Counted from the stretch's first letter, positions 1 to 8,978 are shown. The stretch is DNA of 17,465 nt from Silvanigrellaceae bacterium (GCA_049423385.1 JBMSQQ010000071.1:1-17465), one strand, 5' to 3'. Notes: generated from the sequence alone by a model not told the origin. Made by a program: numbers and translations.

Positions 1-800
1 ATGATGCCCTCGAGCTGCTCTCGGTCGGTCACATGGTGCGAACTCGGATAAATCGCGCAACGTTTGACGCGTTCGATGATTGTTCCGCGCAGCGCGTCAA
101 TCCAATGCAGCTTTTCGATTTTGCGGCCGAAGAAGGAAATTCTCAGCGCTTTTTCACGCTCGTGGCTTGGGATGATTTCGACAACGTCACCACGTACCCG
201 AAATTTTCCGCGCTCGAGGCTGATGTCGTTGCGGGTGTATTGGATTTCGACAAGCCGGGCGAGCAATTCATCGCGGCCAATGCGGTCACCTTCCTCGATC
301 ATGACCATCGCCTTGAGGTATGCCTCGGGGTCACCAAGGCCATAGATGCAGCTCACGCTCGAAACGATGATCACGTCGTTGCGTTCGAGCAAACTGCGGG
401 TGGCAGCGTGGCGCATCTTGTCGATGTCTTCGTTGATGGTGGCGACTTTGTCGATGAACGTGTCGGTGCTCGGCACGTACGCTTCGGGTTGGTAGTAGTC
501 GTAGTAGCTGATGAAATATTCCACGGCATTGTTTGGGAACAACGCCTTGAATTCCTGGAACAGCTGGGCGGCAAGGGTTTTGTTTGGCGCGAGAATGAGC
601 GCCGGTCTTTGGGTTTGCTCAATGACGTTGGCAATCGTGAACGTCTTGCCCGATCCTGTCACACCCAAAAGGATCTGTTCACTGACCCCGGCCTCGACGC
701 CATTCACGAGGCTTTCAATGGCCTGCGGCTGGTCACCCATCGGTTCCAGTTCCCAGCTCTTTTCAAATCGGTCCGGACGTTCGTGCGAGTCAGATTGCAT
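1..800 (-). CDS. uvrB: Excinuclease ABC subunit B (UvrB), N-terminal ~266 aa; 3' end lies outside the window
   Basis: Not in the ORF track because it has no stop in the window. Manual reverse translation from ATG at 800 gives [31 protein letters not shown]...[17 protein letters not shown]...[51 protein letters not shown]...[11 protein letters not shown]...[12 protein letters not shown]. The GDQP Q-motif, Walker A, NKTLAAQL and [10 protein letters not shown] hairpin are UvrB signatures. Confidence 0.98.
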   Translation of the reverse strand, partial: MQSDSHERPDRFEKSWELEPMGDQPQAIESLVNGVEAGVSEQILLGVTGSGKTFTIANVIEQTQRPALILAPNKTLAAQLFQEFKALFPNNAVEYFISYYDYYQPEAYVPSTDTFIDKVATINEDIDKMRHAATRSLLERNDVIIVSSVSCIYGLGDPEAYLKAMVMIEEGDRIGRDELLARLVEIQYTRNDISLERGKFRVRGDVVEIIPSHEREKALRISFFGRKIEKLHWIDALRGTIIERVKRCAIYPSSHHVTDREQLEGI

Positions 801-803
801 TGG

Positions 804-832
804 TTGAACTCTGCCTGTGTGTATGCCACATT
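804..832 (+). promoter_or_regulatory. Candidate sigma70-type promoter for asnS (TTGAAC-N17-CACATT with extended TGn)
   Basis: TTGAAC at 804-809, TG at 824-825 and CACATT at 827-832, within the 83-bp divergent uvrB/asnS gap. Motif match by eye only. Confidence 0.3.
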
Positions 833-883
833 AACGCTTTCAGGCGTAGCACAAGACCTACCTCGGACAAAGGATTTCATGGC

Positions 884-2290
884 ATGGCGAGCACCCGACA
901 ATATCTGACATCCATCTCTGACATCCACGCAGAGCGCGTGCCTCTGGGCAAAGTGACGATTGCCGGTTGGGTGAGAACCCGGCGGGCCTCCAAGAAGTTT
1001 TCGTTCCTTGAGGTCAATGACGGCACAAGCGGGCGTTCCATCCAGGTTATAGTCGATGCTTCATTGCCTAATTATGAAGCTGATTTGTCGCGTTTGACCA
1101 CGGGTTCGTCGATTCGGGTCGAGGGGCAATTGGTGGCCAGCCCGGGGCAGGGGCAAAAGTTCGAAATCCAGGCAACCGCTGTGAAGGTCTATGGGTTTGC
1201 AGATCCTGAAAAATACCCTCTCCAGAAAAAAGACATGACCTACGAATATTTGCGCGATGTGGCCCATCTGCGCGGTCGCACGGCGACCTTCTCGGGTGTG
1301 TTCCGCATCCGCGCACGGGTCAGTCAGGCGATTCACCGGTTTTTTTCAGATCAGGGTTTTTATTACATCCACTCGCCGTTGCTGACGACCTCCGATGCCG
1401 AGGGGGCAGGTGAAACCTTCCAGGTCACAACTTTGCCAATGGACAAACTCCCGCGCACTCCGGCAGGTGGTGTGGACTTCTCGCAGGACTTTTTTGGCTC
1501 GCCCGCGATGTTGTGCGTCACGGGTCAGCTGGAGGCCGAGGCGCTCGCTTTGGGCATGGGCAAGGTCTACACTTTTGGCCCGACCTTTCGCGCCGAAAAT
1601 TCCAACACCAGCCGGCATTTGTCTGAGTTCTGGATGATTGAGCCTGAAATGGCTTTTTATGAAATTGAAGACAACATGCAGCTTGCGCAGGACATGATCC
1701 GTTACGTTGTCAAAGACGTTCTGGACAATTGTGCCGACGATCTTGAGAACATCATCGCCCGCAATGGCGTTGAAACACGTGAGTATCTGAAGATGGCGCT
1801 CGAGCGGCCATTTGTGAGGGTCACCTACACCGAGGCTGTCGACATTCTGAAAGCCTGCGGCCGCTCGTTTGAATATCCGGTCGAGTGGGGCGAAGATCTC
1901 AAGAGCGAGCACGAGCGTTATCTGTGTGAAGAACACTTCAAGGCGCCGACGATTGTCTACAACTATCCCTCGGTGTTGAAGGCATTTTACATGTACCAAA
2001 ACGACGACGGCAAAACCGTGCGGGCGATGGACTTGCTGATGCCCGGAATTGGTGAAGTGATTGGTGGCTCGCAGCGTGAAGATCGCGAAGATGTTCTGAT
2101 CGAAAAAATCAAGGCCAAGGGTCTCTCGCCTGAACATATCGAGTGGTATATCGACCTGCGCCGCTTTGGTGGTGTGCCACACAGTGGTTTCGGACTGGGT
2201 CTCGAGCGTTTGCTTGTGTGGATCACCGGCATGGGCAACGTGCGCGACGTGATTCCCTTCCCGCGTGTGCCCGGAAGCTGCAAATTCTGA
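884..2290 (+). CDS. asnS: Asparagine--tRNA ligase (class IIb), 468 aa
   Basis: OB-fold start GWVRTRR...FLEVNDG, then EKYPLQKK, EYLRDVAHLRGR, SDAEGAGETFQV, motif 2 GPTFRAENSNTSRHLSEFWMIEPE, DLKSEHERYL, GEVIGGSQRE and motif 3 PHSGFGLGLERL...RDVIPFPR. Start moved from 800 to ATG 884, which has AAAGGA at 869-874. Confidence 0.97.
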   Translation: MASTRQYLTSISDIHAERVPLGKVTIAGWVRTRRASKKFSFLEVNDGTSGRSIQVIVDASLPNYEADLSRLTTGSSIRVEGQLVASPGQGQKFEIQATAVKVYGFADPEKYPLQKKDMTYEYLRDVAHLRGRTATFSGVFRIRARVSQAIHRFFSDQGFYYIHSPLLTTSDAEGAGETFQVTTLPMDKLPRTPAGGVDFSQDFFGSPAMLCVTGQLEAEALALGMGKVYTFGPTFRAENSNTSRHLSEFWMIEPEMAFYEIEDNMQLAQDMIRYVVKDVLDNCADDLENIIARNGVETREYLKMALERPFVRVTYTEAVDILKACGRSFEYPVEWGEDLKSEHERYLCEEHFKAPTIVYNYPSVLKAFYMYQNDDGKTVRAMDLLMPGIGEVIGGSQREDREDVLIEKIKAKGLSPEHIEWYIDLRRFGGVPHSGFGLGLERLLVWITGMGNVRDVIPFPRVPGSCKF

Positions 2291-2312
2291 TTTTGCAGTG
2301 CCACCTGTTTTT
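2277..2312 (+). terminator. Weak candidate terminator hairpin across the asnS stop, at the convergent junction
   Basis: CTGCAAA (2278-2284) pairs with TTTGCAG (2292-2298) around a 7-nt loop. The T-run follows only ~10 nt later, so it is atypical. Confidence 0.2.
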
Positions 2313-2314
2313 CG

Positions 2315-3601
2315 TCAGGGCAAAATTACGTATTTCACGATAAATTCAAAGTTTGTGTTGGTAGAGGTGATCCAGGTCGCGAGAGCGCTTGGATCACCAG
2401 ACGCAGGCGTGGCTTTGTTGTAGAACCAGACCTTGAACTCAAATGGTGCCTGTTTCGCAAGGATCATTTCCTCTGCCACCGGCACCAGAGCCTCCGATCC
2501 CAAACCTGTCTGATCGAAATCGAAAATCAATTTGTTTGTTGTGATTTCTGTTGACGGAACGAAACAACCCACGTTCCGAAATGCACACCATTCCCTCTTC
2601 GAAAGTGATGCTGCAGGCGAATTTGCTATCGCCTCTTCCATTTTCACACGGTCGAGAATTTGTGCGGCTGCTGCATTCTCATGTTTGTACAATGTCGACA
2701 ATGAAGGTGACATCGAGTTGTACAACAATGCATTCCCCAAAGTGACGACCTGCATCATGGAATTTGCGATGCTGGTTGGAAATGCGGATTGCCAGGTCAC
2801 TTCCAGATTGTTTTTGAAATTGGCGTCACAAATAACCATTTTGCCGCTGTTGATTGCGCTGGTGGCTGAAGAAGAAAACACTTCTTTTGGATAAAGAGTC
2901 AGTGTTGCAAGCTGCAGTTCGTTCTTCGGAGCCACGAACCCAGGTCCCTGCACCGAGTCTGCTCGTGTTTCCATGTGAAAGAGTTGCGATTGAACACTTC
3001 CGGTCGCACAGGCGATGTTTTGATTGTATTTTTCGACGTTCAGATTCAATTGCCAGGGTGCCGGTTTCGATTTTTCCTTGAGCTCTATGTTCTCAAAGCT
3101 CAGCCACGAGGTTGTCTGCGTCATGGTGGAAACCAGATTGTTTGGTACGTCGAAGTGGAACGAGATTGGATTTTTTGGCCCTGCAAGAACAACGTTGGGT
3201 TCGTCGACGCTGAATTTCGCAGAGGTGCCATTGGCAGCCAATGAGTTGGCCTGACCATCCATTTCAATGTTGGGATTGCTCATCACGACTTTGGTTTCTT
3301 CGGTAAAACCAGAGACTGTGCATTCTGCTGAGACCGTGTCGGGTACAAGCCCTGCTACGGACAAGAGTCGACAGTCACCGACAAGGTTCGCTCCGGCCAC
3401 TTCGATTGTCGGCAACTCCTGTTCATTCGAGGCAGAGCCTGGAGCTGGATTGGTTTGTGGGCTTTCCTTTGCAGGAGAGTTTTTCGAAGCGCCTTTGCCT
3501 GAAAAAGGAGACTTCCCAAGAAACGTTTGCACTGAACAGCCTGCGAGCATCAGCATGATGCAGGCGAGTGGCATGCCAGATTTGATTTTTTTCACGAACA
3601 T
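2315..3601 (-). CDS. Hypothetical lipoprotein, 428 aa
   Basis: Basic N-region, hydrophobic stretch and lipobox LAGC (Cys22), then an S/P/G/K-rich tether and a beta-rich body with several Cys. Fills the space between asnS and the next gene. No family recognised. Confidence 0.85.
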   Translation of the reverse strand: MFVKKIKSGMPLACIMLMLAGCSVQTFLGKSPFSGKGASKNSPAKESPQTNPAPGSASNEQELPTIEVAGANLVGDCRLLSVAGLVPDTVSAECTVSGFTEETKVVMSNPNIEMDGQANSLAANGTSAKFSVDEPNVVLAGPKNPISFHFDVPNNLVSTMTQTTSWLSFENIELKEKSKPAPWQLNLNVEKYNQNIACATGSVQSQLFHMETRADSVQGPGFVAPKNELQLATLTLYPKEVFSSSATSAINSGKMVICDANFKNNLEVTWQSAFPTSIANSMMQVVTLGNALLYNSMSPSLSTLYKHENAAAAQILDRVKMEEAIANSPAASLSKREWCAFRNVGCFVPSTEITTNKLIFDFDQTGLGSEALVPVAEEMILAKQAPFEFKVWFYNKATPASGDPSALATWITSTNTNFEFIVKYVILP

Positions 3602-3628
3602 TTCCGCTTTCGCCCCCTACCACTGCCG

Positions 3629-3656
3629 GGTTCGGATGGAAATTGGAGAAAGTTGA
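3629..3656 (-). promoter_or_regulatory. Candidate sigma28/FliA-like promoter for the 428-aa lipoprotein
   Basis: Minus strand reads TCAACTTT-N12-TCCGAACC versus consensus TAAAGTTT-N11-GCCGATAA, ~28 nt upstream of the ATG at 3601. Confidence 0.3.
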
Positions 3657-3696
3657 GAGGATTGTCTTAAAAGTCAGTCTTTTTGTGGATTTATAA

Positions 3697-3733
3697 GAAT
3701 TTCAAAACTGAAGTGCTCGAGGCTTTTGAATTC
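3697..3733. repeat. Imperfect AT-rich inverted repeat (possible terminator for the 3742-4839 gene, or an operator)
   Basis: GAATTTCAAAA (3697-3707) and TTTTGAATTC (3724-3733), with one bulged base and a 16-nt spacer, 8 nt past the stop at 3742. Confidence 0.35.
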
Positions 3734-3741
3734 GAACGCCG

Positions 3742-4839
3742 TCACTTGATGTAACGCAGCATTCCCGCGGCAGCGCTGTTTTTTTTCAACCGCAACAACT
3801 GTGCCATTGTCGATGGCGAGATGCCTTCTTCGACCTTGAACTGACAGGATGCCATCTCACGTGTGGGCTTTTTGAAAAGCCGGTTCACCCGGAGTCCGTC
3901 GCCTGTCACGTGGATGGCCACTTCACCCAGGGTTGCAAAAGGCAATTTGGCGCATTCAGCAGGCTCGATGTGGGGTTTTACGTCATCGCCATGCAATTGC
4001 TTGCGCAAGAGCGCCTGCAGAACATCTGCTTCATTTTTTTGGCGAAGCAATTTGAGGAGCATTTCAGGAGTGGTCGAAAAATCGTTGATCGACAACATGC
4101 GCCCCGATCGCAAATCGAAGGTTATGAGTTGTTCGCTCCCACCTTGTGGGTTACAGGTGTCACCCTGTCGATAGCGAACGGTCAAAAAGCCACCGCGCAG
4201 ATATTCCACCAACGATGTCTCAGAGACCGTCTCACAGGGTTCCTTGCTGCCCATCGATTTGGTGATTTGAGTTTCAAAAGGGCGACCTTCCGCAGTCCAT
4301 TTTCCCAAAAGCTTGACCACCAGCGGCTCTGCATTGGCGGGAACACCCTCCATTCCGAGGAAGATTGTTTCGCAGATCATTTCCGTGTTGACGGCACCCG
4401 GTTCCAGACAAGCTCCATTGTCATAACAGATGTCAACGGATTTCGGTTTGGACTCACGGATCGACACAGCTGCTTTCTCGAGAGCATCCAGACGCTGAAA
4501 CAACAGTGCGCGCGGAGACGAGCAGCGGATGCTTTCGGTTTTTCCGGGCAAAGGCGAGAACCAGGCATCCGCATAGAGTTCCCAACGCTTTTGATGGGAG
4601 CGGAGTGCGGGCCGCGCACCCTCGGGGATCAATTTGTCGATCGCCTTGATTGCTTTTTCACTGCGGTCAAGAAACCGGGCAGCGGTCGGATCCTCGCAGG
4701 CAATGCGCGAGATCGGTTGATTGGTGATTTGAGCGCATTCAGACGACTTCATGTTTGCCGTTGTTGCGAGAACCGGGACAATGGTCACGAATTGGCCCAC
4801 AAATACCAACGTTGTGGTCATGATGCGACACAGGTTCAC
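3742..4839 (-). CDS. Secreted protein, ~365 aa, with an LprI (DUF1311)-like N-terminal domain and an RsiV/PdaC (DUF4163/DUF3298)-like C-terminal part
   Basis: GTG start at 4839 with AAAGGAAGG upstream (track start is TTG 4890). Signal-peptide-like ...VTIVPVLA. The segment ECAQ...RIACEDP...LD...LRSHQKRW...C...QRLDAL follows the LprI pattern. FLTVRY...ITFDLRSGRMLSINDF follows the 'FDLxTGxxLxLxD' pattern of RsiV/PdaC domains. Domain calls are by eye. Confidence 0.6.
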   Translation of the reverse strand: MNLCRIMTTTLVFVGQFVTIVPVLATTANMKSSECAQITNQPISRIACEDPTAARFLDRSEKAIKAIDKLIPEGARPALRSHQKRWELYADAWFSPLPGKTESIRCSSPRALLFQRLDALEKAAVSIRESKPKSVDICYDNGACLEPGAVNTEMICETIFLGMEGVPANAEPLVVKLLGKWTAEGRPFETQITKSMGSKEPCETVSETSLVEYLRGGFLTVRYRQGDTCNPQGGSEQLITFDLRSGRMLSINDFSTTPEMLLKLLRQKNEADVLQALLRKQLHGDDVKPHIEPAECAKLPFATLGEVAIHVTGDGLRVNRLFKKPTREMASCQFKVEEGISPSTMAQLLRLKKNSAAAGMLRYIK

Positions 4840-4886
4840 GGGTGCCTTCCTTTCGCGGTCGGTTGAGTCGACAAAGGGATTGTAAA

Positions 4887-7800
4887 TCAACGCGAGCGCA
4901 TATCAAAGACGCCGTCCCACTCGCCCTCGGCAGGTGGATTTTGCTTCATCCGGACAGCACGGTCGAGGTAGAGGGCGGCCACCTTGTCGGCCGGATTTTC
5001 GTCGAGATTCTTTTTCCAGCCTTCAATGGCCACATCCCAGTGTCCCGCATGAAAGGCTCGCATGGTGTTTTCGTGCCGTTCAAGCGTTTTGAGTTTCATT
5101 TCGCGGACATGAGGATGGTCGGCATTGAAAATTTCGACGATGTTCAAAGCACGGCTGAAGCCCTGTGGGCGAACCTTGCCAAGTGAACGGAAATCGAATT
5201 GGCGAGGGTTTTGAGTGAGGATGATGGAGTCCTGGCTTGTGACAAGTCCCACGGAAAAGATCTTGGTGATTCCTTCAAGTCGGGATGCGAGGTTGACGGA
5301 ATCCGAAATCACCGTGCCTTCCATGCGATGTTCATTTCCAAGGGTTCCCAGCATCAGTGGGCCATGGTGCACGCCGAGGCCAATGTTGATGGGGCTTCTG
5401 AACGTAGTCTTGCGACTGTTGTTGAAATTTTCAAGTTCCCTTTGGAGTTCGACAGCGGCCAGTAGTGCATCGTCCGGGCGATTGGGAAACAATGCCATCA
5501 CTGCATCACCAATGTATTTGTCGATGAATCCGCAGTGTTGTTGAATGATGGGATTCACGGTTGCAAAATAACTGTTGAGGAAATCAAAGTTCTCCTTGGG
5601 AGAGAGCGTTTCCGAAATTTTGGAGAACTGCCTGATGTCGAGGAACATTACAGACATTTCACGCAGAACCTGGTCGCCAAGTCGAACGTCGATGATACTT
5701 TCCCGACCCAACAAATCGAGCAAATCCTGAGGAATGAATCTGGAATAGGCTCCATGGATTTTGCTGATTTGAAGATGATTTCGCATACGGGCAAGAAGCT
5801 CGGCCTGCGAAAACGGCTTCATCAGGAAGTCGTTCGCTCCCTTGCCAAAACAGGTGATCAGATCGTTGATTTGGTTTTTGGCAGTGAGAATGATGACCGG
5901 GAGTTCGGCGACTTGGTGCTTTTTGCGGATTTCTGCAAGCACCTCAAGCCCCGACATGCGCGGCATCATGAGGTCGAGCAAAACAAGGTCGGGTTTGAAG
6001 TTTGCCATGGCTTCGAGAGCTGCATGCCCATCCTCGGCTATGATGATCTGGTAATCTTCATTTTGAAGCTGGTTTTGCAAAACCTTGCGATTGACCAGTT
6101 CATCATCGACCACCAGGACCTTGTATGCACCCCTTTCGGAATGGAACTTGGCTTCGACCATGCCGCCGGAGCGACCGTTTTGCTCCTCTTTGCCCACTTC
6201 CCACCAGGTGGATTTTGAATCCAGCATGCGCGGACGAGTGATGGGTGTTGTTTGAGGCATTCCGGGCTGGCTGAATTGATCAAGGTTCTTGAGGCTATCA
6301 ATGCAAATGGGAATGGTGAACGAAAATTCGGAGCCAACACCAGGTTCGGATTCAACCCGGATATTTCCACCGTGAAGCTCAATCAATTGCTTGGTGATGG
6401 TCAGTCCGAGTCCGGTGCCGCCGTATGCCCGGTTGATATGCCCATCTGCTTGTTCAAATGAGTTGAAAATACGCTGACGCTTGGATTGTTCGATTCCAAT
6501 GCCGGTGTCCTTGACGGATATGCGCAGCTGCTTGCCCTCGATGACTGCCGATACTCCTATATGACCTTCATGTGTGAACTTGATTGCATTTCCAATCAGG
6601 TTCTGGAGAATTTGCTGCAGCCTTGATTCATCGGCTTCGAGCAGAGGCAGATTTGGCTCAACATTGTTGTGCAGCTCGATGCGTTTTGTACCCAACAGTG
6701 TTTCATTGAGTGAAAACAGAATCTGCACCATCGGCCGCAACTCGACGTTGGAAAGCCGCAACTTGAGTTCGCGTTGCTTGATTTGAGAAAAATCGAGAAG
6801 ATCATTCACAAGATTTGTAAGACGCCTGCCAGAAAGCGCAATGAGATTCAGGTTTTCACGCACTTTTGATGAGATGTTTCCTTCCGCTCCCGAAACCAGG
6901 GTCTCAGCCAGTCCCACGATGCCGTGCAGTGGTGTGCGCAGCTCATGGGATGTGTTTGCCAGGAAATCATCCTTGAGTTTGTCCGCCTTGCGGAGTTCGG
7001 CAACGGCAGAGAGGTTGTCGAGTGTCAGGCAAAGAGTTTGCTGAGTCACCTGGATGAAATGAAGCTCTTCGCTTGTCAGATACAAGGTTTCGCTGCACTC
7101 AAGAGAGATGATTCCCAGCCAACGCATTTCCTGAAAAAGATTGAGTGTGATTATATTGCCTGTGATGGAGATGATTTCGTGTTCGTCGGGCAGCGGCGCA
7201 ACGCCGTCGGTCATTTCCGCATCAGGAAGTTTTTCCAGAACGGAGTCGGAAAGTTTAAATTTGAATTTCAGCATTTTGCGTGGTTCGGCAGAGGGAAGAA
7301 TGATTTCTATTGCCGCACTGCGAATCACATCGAGCTCGCGTTCCAGAATCTGGACAGCAGCAGATATTGCCATTGCGTGTTCGCGGGAGCTTGCGAGAGT
7401 TCGGCTTCCCACCATGAGTTGCTCAACCCTGCGTCGCATCATACGGGCATATTCACTGATTTTTTGGGTTACACTGCCAACACCCAGCATTGCAGAGAGC
7501 AGGAGGACAGGTACAAGCTGTGCCTGTCGCCAATCCAGCGGATCATAAATTTTTCCAACCCTGAATTCGAAAAGGTCCCGTGCCGAGGCAAACGCGGCAA
7601 GAACGACAGAGGTCGCGACAAGACAGGTCCGCAATGTAAAAAAATGGGTCGGGTTGAACAATGCGGTTTTGGCATCCAGTTCAACAAGCTGCGTCTCTTT
7701 TACATTTTTTCTTTTCAAAAGGTGCGAGCGCAGGGAGTAGGCTGCGAGGACGACCGTGAATCCGGCGATGATGATATCCGAAACACTGTCTAAGCGCGTG

Positions 7801-8885
7801 TAGAGAAGGCTTTTGTTTCTCCAGAGTGGAATCAATGATGAGAGCAGCATCCCTCCACAAATAAATGCAAACATGTTTCTTGTTTTTCTGTTTGCAAGTC
7901 GCGAGGATGGCTCGGTCACGATTTCAGCGACAACCCGGGTCAGCCAGACCAGTGCAGCGACGGTCAAAAGAGTGAGAAGTTCTTTTGCCGTGGATTCCAT
8001 GATCTGGAACCCCAAAAGATGAAAGTTTTTGCCGTCGACGGTGTTCAGGGTCAAGCTGATCAGTGCCTTGAAAGCTTCCAGGAAAGCAAATCCACTGATG
8101 TGGAACATGATTCTGCTTCCATCCAGAATCACTGCCAAAGCTGCTGCAAGGACGGGAAACGTGAGACTCACAAGGGTGAGTGGGATGCTGGAATCGGCCA
8201 GTTTTTGTATGAGGCCGACGTATGCTGTCGTCCTGTTGGGCAGAATGAGCGCAACAGGCAGTACGGTTGGACCATAGGAGCGGTAGCGGTATCCGTTGTA
8301 TTCGAGCGTGATTCTCTTTGTGCGAAGAATTTCATCGATCGGGAATGTTGTGACAGCATTGATCCCAAGTCCGGCATGAAAAGTTTTGTTCTCCGGATCT
8401 GCGTAAACGAGCAATTCGTCCTGGGTTGTTCGGGGGACCACAACGCTGATGTAGAGCGCTCCTCCTTCTTCCTTGTGACTCTTGATCCAGTCTTCTTCAT
8501 TCAATTTGATGCGGTAGGTCAGGCGTGCAGCATTCGGCCCCTGATTGGGTGTTTTTTTGAACTTGTCTGCCAATTCTGGAAAAAAGTGTGTCGTTCGCGG
8601 CAGAGAAATGCTGGTTGGATTGGCTTGCATGGAGTCACAGGTCTGGAGTTTTGAAAGGCCTGTTTTGCAATTGAAAGGAACGGCTTCCCATTCGTCGAGA
8701 GTGATCAGTTCTTTGCCGATCTCTTTCATTCTGCTCAGTTGTGACTGGACATCGTAGCGATTTTGCAGATCCATCATGAACATTATGAATGCCGCGACAG
8801 ACGCGATAAGCAACAAAGGCGGAAGAAAACTCGGCGCCTTTATGATTCTCCATGCGGCGTTCCACGACTGACGAACCCTGCTCAC
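4887..8885 (-). CDS. Membrane sensor hybrid histidine kinase-receiver-class III adenylate cyclase, ~1332 aa
   Basis: Domains in order: N-terminal TM, ~190-aa extracytoplasmic region, ~7 hydrophobic helices, GAF-like segment; H-box FLANTSHELRTPLHGI, N-box QILQNLIGNAIKFT, DTGIGI, IFNSFEQ, GGTGLGL; REC VLVVDD...LLDLMMP...LTAK...KPF; cyclase MFLDIRQFS, IDKYIGDAVMA, GTVISDSVNLASRLEG. Start is probably GTG 8885 (GGAGG 9 nt upstream) rather than ATG 8915. Confidence 0.95.
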   Translation of the reverse strand: MSRVRQSWNAAWRIIKAPSFLPPLLLIASVAAFIMFMMDLQNRYDVQSQLSRMKEIGKELITLDEWEAVPFNCKTGLSKLQTCDSMQANPTSISLPRTTHFFPELADKFKKTPNQGPNAARLTYRIKLNEEDWIKSHKEEGGALYISVVVPRTTQDELLVYADPENKTFHAGLGINAVTTFPIDEILRTKRITLEYNGYRYRSYGPTVLPVALILPNRTTAYVGLIQKLADSSIPLTLVSLTFPVLAAALAVILDGSRIMFHISGFAFLEAFKALISLTLNTVDGKNFHLLGFQIMESTAKELLTLLTVAALVWLTRVVAEIVTEPSSRLANRKTRNMFAFICGGMLLSSLIPLWRNKSLLYTRLDSVSDIIIAGFTVVLAAYSLRSHLLKRKNVKETQLVELDAKTALFNPTHFFTLRTCLVATSVVLAAFASARDLFEFRVGKIYDPLDWRQAQLVPVLLLSAMLGVGSVTQKISEYARMMRRRVEQLMVGSRTLASSREHAMAISAAVQILERELDVIRSAAIEIILPSAEPRKMLKFKFKLSDSVLEKLPDAEMTDGVAPLPDEHEIISITGNIITLNLFQEMRWLGIISLECSETLYLTSEELHFIQVTQQTLCLTLDNLSAVAELRKADKLKDDFLANTSHELRTPLHGIVGLAETLVSGAEGNISSKVRENLNLIALSGRRLTNLVNDLLDFSQIKQRELKLRLSNVELRPMVQILFSLNETLLGTKRIELHNNVEPNLPLLEADESRLQQILQNLIGNAIKFTHEGHIGVSAVIEGKQLRISVKDTGIGIEQSKRQRIFNSFEQADGHINRAYGGTGLGLTITKQLIELHGGNIRVESEPGVGSEFSFTIPICIDSLKNLDQFSQPGMPQTTPITRPRMLDSKSTWWEVGKEEQNGRSGGMVEAKFHSERGAYKVLVVDDELVNRKVLQNQLQNEDYQIIIAEDGHAALEAMANFKPDLVLLDLMMPRMSGLEVLAEIRKKHQVAELPVIILTAKNQINDLITCFGKGANDFLMKPFSQAELLARMRNHLQISKIHGAYSRFIPQDLLDLLGRESIIDVRLGDQVLREMSVMFLDIRQFSKISETLSPKENFDFLNSYFATVNPIIQQHCGFIDKYIGDAVMALFPNRPDDALLAAVELQRELENFNNSRKTTFRSPINIGLGVHHGPLMLGTLGNEHRMEGTVISDSVNLASRLEGITKIFSVGLVTSQDSIILTQNPRQFDFRSLGKVRPQGFSRALNIVEIFNADHPHVREMKLKTLERHENTMRAFHAGHWDVAIEGWKKNLDENPADKVAALYLDRAVRMKQNPPAEGEWDGVFDMRSR

Positions 8886-8933
8886 CGGGTTTTTCCTCCC
8901 CCGAACTGGATGCATAAAAAAGTTTGTTCTGGA

Positions 8934-8961
8934 ATTATGCGCCCAACAGGAATTTCCGCAA
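8934..8961 (-). promoter_or_regulatory. Candidate sigma70-type promoter for the kinase-cyclase gene (TTGCGG-N16-CATAAT)
   Basis: Minus-strand TTGCGG at 8961-8956 and CATAAT at 8939-8934, in the intergenic gap upstream of the GGAGG/GTG start. Confidence 0.45.
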
Positions 8962-8978
8962 GCGTTCGCGCGTCGGTT

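Noticed and set aside
492..508. GTA/TAG short tandem pattern (gtagtagtcgtagtagc)
   Set aside because: It simply encodes the YYDYY motif of UvrB.
815..831. SOS-box-like CTGTGTGTATGCCACAT upstream of uvrB
   Set aside because: The right half does not match CTGT-N8-ACAG, and the LexA motif of this lineage is unknown to me.
800..883. N-terminal extension of AsnS from the track start at 800
   Set aside because: It would abut the uvrB start and fill the promoter gap. ATG 884 has a good SD and gives a normal length.
33..908. 291-aa plus-strand ORF in the track
   Set aside because: Antisense shadow of uvrB, which has unmistakable motifs on the minus strand.
3910..4866. 318-aa plus-strand ORF opposite the LprI-like gene
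   Set aside because: No motifs or signal. The minus-strand ORF has an SD, a signal peptide and domain patterns, and matches the orientation of its neighbours.
5199..8654. Several 200-290-aa plus-strand ORFs inside the kinase-cyclase gene
   Set aside because: Antisense-frame artefacts of codon bias with no recognisable content.
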